Source: Pseudomonas aeruginosa PAO1
GTDB taxonomy: Bacteria > Pseudomonadota > Gammaproteobacteria > Pseudomonadales > Pseudomonadaceae
Strand: one strand, 5' to 3'
DNA length: 64,000 bases
Assembly: GCF_000006765.1 (NCBI RefSeq)
Contig: NC_002516.2
Part shown: one piece after another, positions 41,941-52,408 of the stretch
Layout of the letters: each line of letters starts with the position of its first letter
Position numbering within the stretch: position 1 is the first letter of the stretch
Position numbers and translations under genes: made by a program
Notes under the pieces: model-generated
Told to the model about the DNA's origin: nothing
Database searches by the model: none
Seen by the model: the letters and a program-made list of their open reading frames with translations, nothing else

Positions 41941-42777
41941 TCAGAGGAACAGCGCGCAGAAGGCGAACACGGCATACCAGAGCACGGCCGCGCGCACCAG
42001 CAATTGCCAGAGCGCATCCAGGCTGGCGACGCCGGCGGCACCCAGTTCGACCGCTTCGACATCGCTGGCGACCCGTCCGGCCTTGCCCAGCAGCGCGGCC
42101 GCCGAGATGTCCCAGGCCAGCAGCCAGTGCAGCAGCACGCGGATAACCGCGAGGAAGTTGCCGACCAGGGCGAAGCTCAGCACCAGCGCACGCACCGGCA
42201 ACCAGTCGAGGATATGCCGGACGCGCGCCGCCTGTTCGCGCAACGCCGGCTGGCGGGCGTGCTCCAGCGCCAGTGCCAGCAGGCGATAGGCCAGGGCCGC
42301 CACCGGGCCGAGCAAGGCATACCAGAAGATCACCGCGAAGAAGCTCTGGTAGCCCTGCCAGAGCAGATGGCCGTGCACCCGGCCGATCAGTTCGCTCTCG
42401 CTGCCGCCCAGGATCCCCAGATCGCGTTCGGCGACATGGAAGGCAGCCTGGGCCTCCTCGCGCCGCCAGGCGTCGCGGAACGGCCCGAGGTCGGCCATGA
42501 CGTCGCCGCGGCCGAGACTGTAGACCACCACCAGAAGGTGCAGCGGAAGGCTCAGCCAGCCATAGGCCAACGACTGCAGCAATGTCAGCAACAGGGCCAG
42601 CGGCAGCAACGGCAGGACCACCGCGAGCAGCAGCCCCAGCCAGGAGCGGCGGGACACCGAGGGCAGATCCTCGACCAGGCTCAGCCAGGCGAGCCAGGCG
42701 CCATCGCGCTGGATACGCCGGCGCCAGCCGGAGAACTTCTCCAGCGCAAGGGCCAGCAGCAACACCAGGAACGTCAT
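41941..42777 (-). CDS. ampE: AmpE/CobD-like membrane protein (PA4521)
   Basis: ATG 42777 overlaps the ampD stop, 278 aa; YQSFFAVIFWY..LGP, LDWLPVR. Confidence 0.85.
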   Translation of the reverse strand: MTFLVLLLALALEKFSGWRRRIQRDGAWLAWLSLVEDLPSVSRRSWLGLLLAVVLPLLPLALLLTLLQSLAYGWLSLPLHLLVVVYSLGRGDVMADLGPFRDAWRREEAQAAFHVAERDLGILGGSESELIGRVHGHLLWQGYQSFFAVIFWYALLGPVAALAYRLLALALEHARQPALREQAARVRHILDWLPVRALVLSFALVGNFLAVIRVLLHWLLAWDISAAALLGKAGRVASDVEAVELGAAGVASLDALWQLLVRAAVLWYAVFAFCALFL

Positions 42778-43340
42778 GTTTCCTCCTTGGAATCGGTCAA
42801 TCCGGCGCGGTAGCGCGACCAGTCGAAAGCCTCGCCGGGATCGGTCTTGCGCTCCGGGGCGATATCGCAGTGGCCCTGGATGCGTTCCGGGGTGATCCCC
42901 GGGAAGGCCGCGCGCAACAGCCGCGTCAGCCCGGCCAGGGCAGTGTACTGCGCGTCCGTGTACGGTTCCGTGTCGGTCCCCTCCAGTTCGATGCCAAGGG
43001 AGAAGTCGTTGCACGCCTCGCGACCGTCGAAGCAGGAAACCCCGGCATGCCAGGCGCGGTCGTGACAGGAGACGAACTGGGTGATGGCGCCGTCGCGTTC
43101 GATGAGGAAATGCGCGGAAACCGTCAGGTGGCGGATCTCCTCGAAATAGGGATGTTCGTTCGGGTCCAGGCGATTCTGGAAGAACGCCTGGACCTTACCG
43201 GTGCCGAACTGTCCCGGCGGCAGGCTGATATTGTGGATAACCAGCAGCGACACCGCGTCCCCTTGCGGACGCAGGTTGAAATTCGGTGAAGGGCAGTGGC
43301 GGACGCCACGGACCCAGCCGGTAACGGAATCGAAATGCAT
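42774..43340 (-). CDS. ampD: 1,6-anhydro-MurNAc-L-alanine amidase AmpD (PA4522)
   Basis: ATG 43340, 188 aa; VIHNISLPPG, VSAH, AWHAG, SLGIELEG, GHCDIAPERKTDPG. Confidence 0.96.
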   Translation of the reverse strand: MHFDSVTGWVRGVRHCPSPNFNLRPQGDAVSLLVIHNISLPPGQFGTGKVQAFFQNRLDPNEHPYFEEIRHLTVSAHFLIERDGAITQFVSCHDRAWHAGVSCFDGREACNDFSLGIELEGTDTEPYTDAQYTALAGLTRLLRAAFPGITPERIQGHCDIAPERKTDPGEAFDWSRYRAGLTDSKEET

Positions 43341-43490
43341 ACGGGCTCCTGAACGAGCCCCCACTCTAATCCAGCGGCGCCGGAATGACGATCAGGCGGG
43401 CTCTGGATCGGCCGCTTCGACATGCTTCGAGGAAAGGTATTACCCGCAAGAAAGAAAAGACCCGGCATCCGCCGGGTCCTCGAGAAGCGG

Positions 43491-45746
43491 CTAGGCGCCC
43501 TTGAGGCGCCGCAGGTTGCCGATCACCGACTCCAGGGCCCGGTCGAACAGCAAGGCATCGTCCAGCAGGCGTACCGCCTGCCGGCGAAACTCCACCGCCA
43601 GGCCCATGCGGGTCTTTTCCAGGACCTTCATCCCGGTGCGATTGACGAAGATGTAACGACCGGTGGGCCGGATCACTGCCGCCAGCTTGCAGCGCAGCTT
43701 GTGCTCGGCGTCCTCCTGGATCTCCACCCAACTGCCGACACGCAGCGCATCGACCCGCAGCAGTGCCTCGTCGTTGTCCGGCAGGCGCACTTCGCTCTCG
43801 ACAGGCGCCGGTGCGGCGTCCGGCGAAGTCAGGACGATTTCCTCGACCACCCGCAGCATGACCGGCGCCCGGGGCTTTTCCGCGGCCGTGCCCAGGCTCG
43901 CTTCGTCGAGCAGGGGGCTGTCCGCGACCGCCGCCTCGCCGCGCTTGTCGCGCTGCAGGCCCTGGACATGCAGGGTTTCCAGCTGGCTGAAGAATTCACC
44001 GGTGGAAAACGGATCGAAGGCTGCGCTGGCCAATCCCTCGCGCAGCGCCTTGAGCAGGCCTGGCACACGCTCCAGCAACTGTTGGCGGGACAGCGGATCA
44101 TCATGCGGGCCGACGCTCCAGATCAGCTCGTCCATGGTATCCAGGGCCTCCCGCCACTCGGCCGAAGCCTTGCCATGCTTGAGGCAGATCAGCAGCATCA
44201 CCTTGCTCCAGGCATCCCGCAGCAGGCGCACCACCACCTCCGGCAGGACCTTGCCGAGCAGTCGCTGGTTCAGCACCTGCTCCACGTCCTGCCGAGCCAG
44301 TTCGGCCTTGGCGCGGCCTTCCTCGGCGTCGCGGGTGCGCTGCTCGAGGAGCTCGCTGCGGCGGCGCTCGTCGCCGGTGAAGGCAATGAAGTCCTCCAGC
44401 AACTCGGCGAAGATCGCCGGGTCGTCGACGAAGTCGTTCAACAGCCGCATCACGACCTGTTCGATCTTCTGGTACAGGCTGTCGCGCCGGGCATCATTGT
44501 GTTCGGCCCAGCCCAGCGACGCGGATGCGATCTCGTTGAGCAGGCGACGCGCCGGATGGCTACCGCGGCTGAAGAAGGTCTTGTCGAGCAGGGCCACCTT
44601 GAGCATCGGGATCTGCATCCGACCGATCAGGGCCTTCAGCGAATCAGGCAGGGTGCGGTCGTCGAGAATGAATTCGAACAGCATCGACACCAGGTTGATG
44701 ACGTCATCGTCCACCTGGCCGACCACCCGAGAACGGCCGCTCTTGTGGCTGACCCGCTGGAGCAGTTGGTCGACCCCGTCGCGGACGTCGAACTCCGCGG
44801 CGCCAGGGCCCGGCAAGTGCTGTTGCAGGTGGGAAAGCAGGCGCATCAGGTCGTTGCTGGAAATCGGCGCGGCATTCTCAGGCGTTTCGCGACGGTAGAA
44901 GGAAGGATTGTCGCGGACCTGCGCCAGCAGTTCCTGCAGCGCGCCGAAGACTTCCTGCTGACCGCCGTCGAGCAGCGCAGCCTGTGCCTGCAGGGTCCCG
45001 GCATCGCGTACCGCTTCGGGACGGACAGCGGGCTGACGCCGCGGCAGCGCGGATTTGAGTTCCGGCAGCACGCCCGCAGCGACCAGGATCTGGTTGGCCT
45101 CGGCGTACAACTGGTCGCAATGGGCCAGGACGTACTTCTCGAACAGCTTGAGAATGATCAGCTTGACCTTGATCTCGACGCCGAGCCCCTGGCAGGCATC
45201 GAGGAAAGCCGCGGTCAGCGGACGCGGAGCGAGGGGATTGCTCTTCTCGTCGACCTTCCGGCCGACCAGGGTGTTCAGGCGGGTGCTCAGGTGGGCCAGC
45301 GCGGTGGCATCGCGGCTCATCACCCGCGCCACCATCGCGTCCACCGCGACGGACTCCTCCAGTTCCTCGTTCTGTACCAGGCTGAGGCTGTCGAAGGACA
45401 CGGTATCCAGGGTCGGCACGGATTTGCCGGACTGTACCTGGTTGAGCGCCGAGAACTCCTCGAAGACCTTCTGCAGGTAGACCCGCTCGATACTCTTGCG
45501 CTTGAGGCGCAGGTCGCGCATGGCTTCGAAGAAAGCGTTCTGTTCGAGGTTGCTGGTGGCTCGGTCGGCCATTTCGAAGAGGGTGTCGTCGGCGTTGTCG
45601 AACAACGCCTGCAACGCCTGTTTCAGCTGCAACGCCGCCTTGTCGCGCACCTGCACGAGGATGACCGGCAGGCGCCCCGCTCCGGCGTTCGGCGACGGCT
45701 CGGAAGCGACCCTGGTCAGGTGCACCACATTGGCATCGTTCTGCAT
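43491..45746 (-). CDS. DUF1631-family protein (PA4523)
   Basis: Probable ATG 45746 after GGAG. Helical cytoplasmic protein with GSWVE...CKLAA...YIFVNR.G C-terminus. Confidence 0.8.
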   Translation of the reverse strand: MQNDANVVHLTRVASEPSPNAGAGRLPVILVQVRDKAALQLKQALQALFDNADDTLFEMADRATSNLEQNAFFEAMRDLRLKRKSIERVYLQKVFEEFSALNQVQSGKSVPTLDTVSFDSLSLVQNEELEESVAVDAMVARVMSRDATALAHLSTRLNTLVGRKVDEKSNPLAPRPLTAAFLDACQGLGVEIKVKLIILKLFEKYVLAHCDQLYAEANQILVAAGVLPELKSALPRRQPAVRPEAVRDAGTLQAQAALLDGGQQEVFGALQELLAQVRDNPSFYRRETPENAAPISSNDLMRLLSHLQQHLPGPGAAEFDVRDGVDQLLQRVSHKSGRSRVVGQVDDDVINLVSMLFEFILDDRTLPDSLKALIGRMQIPMLKVALLDKTFFSRGSHPARRLLNEIASASLGWAEHNDARRDSLYQKIEQVVMRLLNDFVDDPAIFAELLEDFIAFTGDERRRSELLEQRTRDAEEGRAKAELARQDVEQVLNQRLLGKVLPEVVVRLLRDAWSKVMLLICLKHGKASAEWREALDTMDELIWSVGPHDDPLSRQQLLERVPGLLKALREGLASAAFDPFSTGEFFSQLETLHVQGLQRDKRGEAAVADSPLLDEASLGTAAEKPRAPVMLRVVEEIVLTSPDAAPAPVESEVRLPDNDEALLRVDALRVGSWVEIQEDAEHKLRCKLAAVIRPTGRYIFVNRTGMKVLEKTRMGLAVEFRRQAVRLLDDALLFDRALESVIGNLRRLKGA

Positions 45747-46031
45747 CGGGACTCTCCTGCCACCCTCGCGGCCGCGCATGGAATGGCAAAAATCGGGCAC
45801 AGAGGATCGATTGGCGTCGTCCGTAACGTCAATTTCCAGGCGTCAAAAACAAGTATCTACATTCATTATAGAGATACTTTCAAATCTAGATAGAGGGTTT
45901 TCCTATAGACATGACTCTCTTCACACAAGCGAAGGCCGATGAATGGCGGCCGTCCCGACCGGCGCCCAGGCAGGCACAGACGCCGTCCGCTGCGCTCCGT
46001 ATAATCGCCCGATCTCGTACAGGAGCCCGCC

Positions 46032-46880
46032 ATGCCTAACCTCACCCTTGCCGACCTCCAAGGCGAAATCCAGGCCAACGTCCGCACCGCCCTGGCGGAA
46101 GACGTCGGCGGCGGCGACCTTACCGCTCAGTTGATCGATCCACAACGCGAGGCCGAGGCCCGGGTGATTACCCGCGAGCACGCGACGATCGCGGGCCGCG
46201 CCTGGGTCGACGAGGTCTTCCGCCAGGTCGATCCGCGAGTGCTGGTGACCTGGCAGGTGGAGGACGGCCAGCGAGTCGAGCCGAACCAGATGCTGTTCCA
46301 GCTAAAAGGTCCGGCCCGCGCGCTGCTCACCGGCGAGCGCAGCGCGCTGAACTTCCTCCAGCTGCTTTCCGGTACCGCTACCCGCAGCCAGCACTACGCC
46401 GACCTGGTCGCCGGCACCGCGGTGAAGCTCCTCGACACCCGCAAGACCCTGCCAGGCCTGCGCCTCGCGCAGAAGTACGCGGTCACCTGCGGCGGTTGCC
46501 ACAACCATCGCATCGGCCTCTACGATGCCTTCCTGATCAAGGAAAACCACATCGCCGCCTGCGGCGGTATCGACCGGGCAATTGCCGAGGCCCGGCGCAT
46601 AGCACCCGGCAAGCCGGTGGAAGTGGAAGTGGAGAACCTCGATGAACTGCGCCAGGCGCTGGAGGCCGGCGCCGATATCGTCATGCTCGACGAACTCAGC
46701 CTGGACGACATGCGCACCGCCGTCGCCCTCACCGCCGGCCGTGCCAAGCTGGAAGCTTCCGGCGGAATCAACGAGGGCACCCTGCGCAACATCGCCGAGA
46801 CCGGCGTCGACTACATCTCCATCGGCACCCTGACCAAGGATGTCAGGGCCGTCGACCTGTCCATGCGCCTCACCCTCTGA
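46032..46880 (+). CDS. nadC: Nicotinate-nucleotide pyrophosphorylase (PA4524)
   Basis: 282 aa; [31 protein letters not shown]. Confidence 0.97.
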
Positions 46881-46894
46881 ACGAATCGCAGGCG

Positions 46895-46925
46895 AAAAAA
46901 AGCCCCGCCGAAGCGGGGCTTTTTT
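46895..46925. terminator. Bidirectional terminator between nadC and tRNA-Thr
   Basis: AAAAAAAGCCCCGC-cgaa-GCGGGGCTTTTTT. Confidence 0.9.
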
Positions 46926-46932
46926 ATGCGAC

Positions 46933-47008
46933 TGGTGCCGGATAGAGGAATCGAACCCCCGACCTTCTCATTACGAATGAGCTGCTCTACCGACTGAGCT
47001 AATCCGGC
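46933..47008 (-). tRNA. tRNA-Thr(CGT)
   Basis: 76 nt GCCGGATTAGCTCAGTCGGTAGAGC...TTCGTAA...GGTTCGATTCC..TCCGGCACCA; anticodon CGT, encoded CCA. Confidence 0.96.
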
Positions 47009-47081
47009 GGCGCGGGGGAGCCTACCATTAGAGGAACCCAATCACAACGGAAGATGGCTAAACAAGCCACCTTCGATCACC

Positions 47082-47531
47082 TTAGTTATCACAACCTTTC
47101 GGAGTGAACATCGGATCCTGGGTAGATTTACAAGCCCAGACCCCATCCGCAGTACGGTTCAGAGTGATAACTTTAGTAGCATTCTTGGGACTAGAGGTAC
47201 CAGTCTGGAAGGTAAAGGTAATATCACCCGCACCACTATCTTCGATTGCTACAGCAATTACACCCAACTTGTTGGCATCCGGCTCGACGCCGACATATGT
47301 TTCGGTCGCAGTAGAAGCAGTAGTACCAATTTTAATTTTGCTACCAGCAATTCCACGCGACAGCGACTCTTCAACAGTGGTCTTCAGCGGGTTGATCGTC
47401 GCCAGCGCCGAAGCACCTTCCGAACGCGCAACATAGTTCTGATACTGGGGAATGGCAATTGCCGCCAGGATACCGATGATCGCAACCACGATCATCAGTT
47501 CGATCAAGGTAAAGCCTTTTTGAGCTTTCAT
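47082..47531 (-). CDS. pilA: Type IVa major pilin, group II PAO1-type allele (PA4525)
   Basis: [28 protein letters not shown] class III signal; C-terminal disulfide loop [14 protein letters not shown]; low GC3. Confidence 0.97.
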   Translation of the reverse strand: MKAQKGFTLIELMIVVAIIGILAAIAIPQYQNYVARSEGASALATINPLKTTVEESLSRGIAGSKIKIGTTASTATETYVGVEPDANKLGVIAVAIEDSGAGDITFTFQTGTSSPKNATKVITLNRTADGVWACKSTQDPMFTPKGCDN

Positions 47532-47579
47532 GAATCTCTCCGTTGATTATGTATAGGCCTAACGCCTGAACCTCAACAA

Positions 47580-47594
47580 GCACTTACCATGCCA
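47580..47594 (-). promoter_or_regulatory. pilA sigma54 promoter
   Basis: Minus strand TGGCATGGTAAGTGC, canonical -24/-12. Confidence 0.85.
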
Positions 47595-47660
47595 AATATC
47601 AAACCGCGCCACGATCAAGGAAACTGGGTTCCTTTCTCGATGAGAGTCAAACTTAAAACG

Positions 47661-47685
47661 GACAGGATGTGACATTTTTTGACAG
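47661..47685. promoter_or_regulatory. Probable PilR enhancer sites
   Basis: GACA at 47661, 47671 and 47681 (exact 10-bp phasing; TGTC on the pilA strand), ~70-90 bp upstream of the sigma54 site. Confidence 0.6.
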
Positions 47686-47762
47686 CTGGATTTCCTCGAT
47701 TTGGCAGCCCCTGTTATCTGCGTTATAAGGCACCTCAATAGCCCTTCTGCGATTCCTTCCCC

Positions 47763-49463
47763 ATGAACGACAGCATCCAACTGAGCGGCCTGTCCCGACA
47801 GCTCGTCCAAGCCAATCTACTCGACGAAAAGACCGCCGTGCAGGCCCAGGCGCAGGCGCAGCGCAACAAGCTGTCGCTGGTGACGCACCTGGTGCAGAGC
47901 AAGCTGGTAAGCGGCCTGGCCCTGGCCGAATTGTCCGCCGAGCAGTTCGGCATCGCCTATTGCGACCTGAATAGCCTGGACAAGGAAAGCTTTCCGCGGG
48001 ACGCCATCAGCGAAAAGCTGGTCCGCCAACACCGGGTCATCCCTCTGTGGCGGCGCGGCAACAAGCTCTTTGTAGGCATCTCCGACCCCGCCAACCACCA
48101 GGCCATCAATGATGTCCAGTTCAGCACCGGCCTGACGACCGAAGCGATTCTGGTCGAAGACGACAAGCTTGGCCTGGCCATCGACAAGCTGTTCGAAAGC
48201 GCTACCGACGGTCTCGCAGGCCTCGACGATGTCGACCTCGAGGGACTGGATATCGGTAGCGCGGACAAGTCCACCCAAGAGGATGCCAGCGCAGAAGCGG
48301 ACGACGCACCTGTAGTACGTTTCGTCAACAAGATGCTGCTGGATGCCATCAAGGGCGGCTCTTCCGACCTGCACTTCGAGCCCTACGAGAAGATCTACCG
48401 GGTGCGCTTCCGTACCGACGGCATGCTCCACGAAGTGGCCAAGCCGCCGATCCAGTTGGCCAGTCGTATCTCTGCTCGTCTCAAGGTAATGGCCGGCCTG
48501 GATATCTCCGAACGACGCAAACCGCAGGACGGACGGATCAAGATGCGCGTGTCGAAGACCAAGTCCATCGACTTTCGCGTCAACACCCTGCCGACCCTGT
48601 GGGGCGAGAAGATCGTGATGCGGATCCTCGACTCCTCCAGCGCACAGATGGGCATCGACGCCCTCGGCTACGAGGAGGACCAGAAGGAACTCTACCTGGC
48701 CGCACTCAAGCAGCCGCAGGGCATGATCCTGGTCACCGGCCCCACCGGCTCGGGCAAGACGGTATCGCTATACACCGGCCTGAACATCCTGAATACCACC
48801 GACATCAACATTTCCACCGCCGAAGACCCGGTGGAGATCAACCTGGAAGGCATCAACCAGGTCAACGTCAATCCGCGCCAGGGCATGGACTTCTCCCAGG
48901 CGCTGCGCGCCTTCCTGCGCCAGGACCCGGATGTGATCATGGTCGGCGAGATCCGCGACCTGGAGACCGCCGAGATCGCCATCAAGGCGGCGCAGACCGG
49001 GCATATGGTGATGTCCACCCTGCACACCAACAGCGCCGCCGAGACCCTGACCCGGTTGCTGAACATGGGCGTGCCGGCGTTCAACCTGGCGACCTCGGTG
49101 AACCTGATCATCGCCCAGCGCCTTGCGCGAAAACTCTGTTCGCACTGCAAGAAAGAACACGAGGTGCCGAGGGAAACCCTGCTTCACGAGGGCTTCCCGG
49201 AAGACAAGATCGGCACCTTCAAGCTTTATTCGCCGGTGGGCTGCGACCATTGCAAGAACGGTTACAAGGGCCGTGTCGGTATTTATGAAGTAGTTAAAAA
49301 CACCCCGGCCCTGCAGCGGATTATCATGGAGGAAGGCAACTCCATCGAGATCGCCGAGCAAGCCCGCAAAGAAGGCTTCAACGATCTGCGCACCTCAGGC
49401 CTGCTGAAAGCCATGCAGGGGATCACCAGCCTGGAGGAAGTCAACCGCGTGACCAAGGATTAA
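47763..49463 (+). CDS. pilB: Type IV pilus extension ATPase PilB (PA4526)
   Basis: 566 aa; GPTGSGKT, AEDPVE, LRQDPD, CSHC...CDHC Zn site. Confidence 0.97.
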   Translation: MNDSIQLSGLSRQLVQANLLDEKTAVQAQAQAQRNKLSLVTHLVQSKLVSGLALAELSAEQFGIAYCDLNSLDKESFPRDAISEKLVRQHRVIPLWRRGNKLFVGISDPANHQAINDVQFSTGLTTEAILVEDDKLGLAIDKLFESATDGLAGLDDVDLEGLDIGSADKSTQEDASAEADDAPVVRFVNKMLLDAIKGGSSDLHFEPYEKIYRVRFRTDGMLHEVAKPPIQLASRISARLKVMAGLDISERRKPQDGRIKMRVSKTKSIDFRVNTLPTLWGEKIVMRILDSSSAQMGIDALGYEEDQKELYLAALKQPQGMILVTGPTGSGKTVSLYTGLNILNTTDINISTAEDPVEINLEGINQVNVNPRQGMDFSQALRAFLRQDPDVIMVGEIRDLETAEIAIKAAQTGHMVMSTLHTNSAAETLTRLLNMGVPAFNLATSVNLIIAQRLARKLCSHCKKEHEVPRETLLHEGFPEDKIGTFKLYSPVGCDHCKNGYKGRVGIYEVVKNTPALQRIIMEEGNSIEIAEQARKEGFNDLRTSGLLKAMQGITSLEEVNRVTKD

Positions 49464-49466
49464 TCC

Positions 49467-50691
49467 ATGGCGGACAAAGCGTTAAAAACCAGCGTTTTCA
49501 TCTGGGAGGGCACCGACAAGAAAGGCGCCAAGGTCAAGGGCGAACTGACTGACCGGGCAGAATCCCATGCTGGTGAAGGCCCATCTGCGCAAGCAAGGCA
49601 TCAATCCGCTCAAGGTACGCAAGAAAGGTATCTCCCTGCTGGGCGCAGGCAAGAAAGTGAAACCCATGGACATCGCCCTGTTCACCCGGCAGATGGCGAC
49701 CATGATGGGCGCTGGCGTTCCCCTCCTGCAATCGTTCGACATCATCGGCGAAGGCTTCGACAATCCCAACATGCGCAAGTTGGTGGATGAGATCAAGCAG
49801 GAAGTGTCCTCGGGCAACAGCCTGGCCAACTCACTGAGAAAGAAACCACAGTACTTCGACGAACTCTATTGCAACCTGGTCGATGCCGGCGAGCAATCGG
49901 GCGCCTTGGAAAACTTGCTGGATAGAGTCGCGACCTACAAGGAAAAAACGGAATCGTTAAAAGCAAAGATCAGGAAGGCGATGACTTATCCTATCGCCGT
50001 CATCATCGTTGCCTTGATCGTCTCCGCCATTCTTCTGATCAAGGTCGTTCCGCAGTTCCAATCCGTATTCCAAGGTTTTGGCGCAGAGCTGCCTGCATTC
50101 ACTCAAATGGTCGTAAATTTATCCGAGTTCCTACAGGAGTGGTGGCTTGCCGTCATCGTTGGTGTGGGGGCGATTGGCTTTACCTTCAAGGAACTGCATA
50201 AACGCTCGAAAAAATTCCGCGACACACTCGACAGAACGATCCTCAAACTTCCCATTTTCGGAGGCATCGTCTACAAATCTGCGGTCGCCCGTTATGCACG
50301 GACCTTGTCCACGACCTTCGCCGCGGGTGTTCCCCTGGTCGATGCGCTCGACTCCGTCTCCGGAGCGACCGGCAATATCGTGTTCAAGAACGCGGTCAGC
50401 AAGATCAAGCAAGACGTTTCCACCGGCATGCAGCTCAACTTCTCCATGCGCACCACCAGCGTCTTTCCCAACATGGCGATCCAGATGACCGCCATCGGCG
50501 AGGAGTCCGGTTCGCTCGATGAGATGCTGAGCAAAGTCGCCAGCTACTACGAAGAGGAAGTCGACAACGCCGTGGACAACCTCACCACGCTCATGGAACC
50601 GATGATCATGGCCGTTCTCGGCGTACTGGTTGGCGGTCTGATCGTGGCCATGTACCTTCCGATCTTCCAACTCGGCAACGTCGTCGGATAA
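49467..50691 (+). pseudogene. pilC: Platform protein PilC disrupted by a 4-bp duplication (ACTG at 49544-49551) (PA4527)
   Basis: The N-terminal frame (MADKALKTSVFIWEGTDKKGAKVKGEL) shifts and stops at 49790. The rest is in another frame (49567..50691). Removing 4 nt restores a 406-aa PilC. Confidence 0.92.
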
Positions 50692-50694
50692 CTG

Positions 50695-51567
50695 ATGCCC
50701 CTCCTCGACTACCTGGCCAGCCATCCGCTGGCCTTTGTCTTGTGCACCATCCTCCTCGGCCTGCTGGTCGGCAGCTTCCTCAACGTCGTCGTGCATCGCC
50801 TGCCGAAGATGATGGAGCGCAACTGGAAGGCCGAGGCCCGCGAAGCGCTCGGGCTGGAGCCGGAACCCAAGCAGGCGACCTACAACCTGGTGCTGCCGAA
50901 TTCGGCGTGCCCGCGCTGCGGCCACGAGATCCGCCCCTGGGAAAACATCCCGCTGGTCAGCTACCTGGCGCTGGGCGGCAAGTGCTCGTCCTGCAAGGCC
51001 GCCATCGGCAAACGCTACCCCCTGGTGGAACTGGCCACCGCGCTGCTTTCCGGCTACGTCGCCTGGCATTTCGGCTTCACCTGGCAGGCGGGCGCGATGC
51101 TCCTGCTGACCTGGGGTCTGCTGGCGATGAGCCTGATCGATGCCGATCACCAACTGCTGCCGGACGTGCTGGTGCTGCCGCTGCTCTGGCTGGGCCTGAT
51201 CGCCAACCATTTCGGCCTCTTCGCCAGCCTCGACGATGCGCTGTTCGGCGCGGTGTTCGGCTACCTGAGCCTGTGGTCGGTGTTCTGGCTGTTCAAGCTG
51301 GTGACCGGCAAGGAGGGCATGGGCTACGGCGACTTCAAGCTGCTGGCCATGCTCGGTGCCTGGGGCGGCTGGCAGATCCTGCCGCTGACCATCCTGCTGT
51401 CGTCGCTGGTCGGGGCGATCCTCGGGGTGATCATGCTGCGCCTGCGCAACGCCGAAAGCGGCACGCCGATCCCCTTCGGTCCCTATCTGGCTATTGCCGG
51501 GTGGATTGCTTTGCTCTGGGGTGATCAAATAACCCGGACCTATCTGCAATTCGCCGGATTCAAATGA
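50695..51567 (+). CDS. pilD: Prepilin peptidase/N-methyltransferase PilD (PA4528)
   Basis: 290 aa; [29 protein letters not shown]. Confidence 0.97.
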   Translation: MPLLDYLASHPLAFVLCTILLGLLVGSFLNVVVHRLPKMMERNWKAEAREALGLEPEPKQATYNLVLPNSACPRCGHEIRPWENIPLVSYLALGGKCSSCKAAIGKRYPLVELATALLSGYVAWHFGFTWQAGAMLLLTWGLLAMSLIDADHQLLPDVLVLPLLWLGLIANHFGLFASLDDALFGAVFGYLSLWSVFWLFKLVTGKEGMGYGDFKLLAMLGAWGGWQILPLTILLSSLVGAILGVIMLRLRNAESGTPIPFGPYLAIAGWIALLWGDQITRTYLQFAGFK

Positions 51568-52175
51568 CCCAACCCTGGATACTAGGCCTCACGGGCGGTA
51601 TCGGCAGCGGCAAGAGCGCAGCCGCCGAGCACTTCATCTCCCTCGGCGTCCACCTGGTGGACGCCGACCATGCCGCCCGCTGGGTGGTGGAGCCGGGGCG
51701 TCCGGCCCTGGCGAAGATCGTCGAACGCTTCGGCGACGGCATCCTCCTGCCCGATGGCCAGCTCGACCGCGCCGCCTTGCGCGAGCGGATCTTCCAGGCG
51801 CCGGAGGAACGGCGCTGGCTGGAGCAATTGCTGCACCCGCTGATCGGCGCGGAGATCGTCCAGTACCTGGCCAGGGCCGAATCGCCCTATGCCATCCTGG
51901 TCTCGCCGCTGCTGGTGGAGTCCGGCCAGCGCCAGATGACCCACCGCGTGCTGGTGGTGGATACCCCGGAACATCTGCAACTACAGCGCACCATGCTTCG
52001 CGACAAGGTCTCCGAGGAGCAGGTGCGCTCGATCCTCCAGGCCCAGGCCCGGCGCGACGAGCGCTTGAAGCACGCCGACGACGTGCTGGTCAACGACGGC
52101 GACCTGTCCCACCTGCAGCGTGAAGTCGAGCGACTGCACGCCTTCTACCTGACCTTGCGAGGAGGCCGAGCATGA
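51564..52175 (+). CDS. coaE: Dephospho-CoA kinase (PA4529)
   Basis: 203 aa; [17 protein letters not shown]. Confidence 0.97.
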   Translation: MTQPWILGLTGGIGSGKSAAAEHFISLGVHLVDADHAARWVVEPGRPALAKIVERFGDGILLPDGQLDRAALRERIFQAPEERRWLEQLLHPLIGAEIVQYLARAESPYAILVSPLLVESGQRQMTHRVLVVDTPEHLQLQRTMLRDKVSEEQVRSILQAQARRDERLKHADDVLVNDGDLSHLQREVERLHAFYLTLRGGRA

Positions 52176-52372
52176 GCCAGCCCCTGACCGTGGAGTGCCC
52201 GACCTGCGGCGCGCCCGTCGAATGGAAAAGCGACAACAAGTACCGCCCCTTCTGCTCCGACCGCTGCAAGCTGATCGATCTCGGCGCCTGGGCCGCCGAG
52301 GAACATGCGATCCCCGGCGACACCCTGGAAGACGACATCTTCTCCGCCGACCTGCCGCCTCGCGAGCATTGA
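52172..52372 (+). CDS. yacG: DNA gyrase inhibitor YacG (PA4530)
   Basis: 66 aa; CPTC...[16 protein letters not shown]. Confidence 0.96.
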   Translation: MSQPLTVECPTCGAPVEWKSDNKYRPFCSDRCKLIDLGAWAAEEHAIPGDTLEDDIFSADLPPREH

Positions 52373-52376
52373 ACGC

Positions 52377-52405
52377 AACGGGCCAGCCAATCCGGCTGGC
52401 CCGTT
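52377..52405. terminator. Hairpin between convergent yacG and PA4531
   Basis: AACGGGCCAGCC-aatcc-GGCTGGCCCGTT, 12-bp stem. Confidence 0.7.
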
Positions 52406-52408
52406 CCT

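Noticed and set aside
46933-47081. tRNA-Thr as an occupied integration site
   Set aside because: No integrase, no duplicated tRNA 3' end and no foreign block adjacent.
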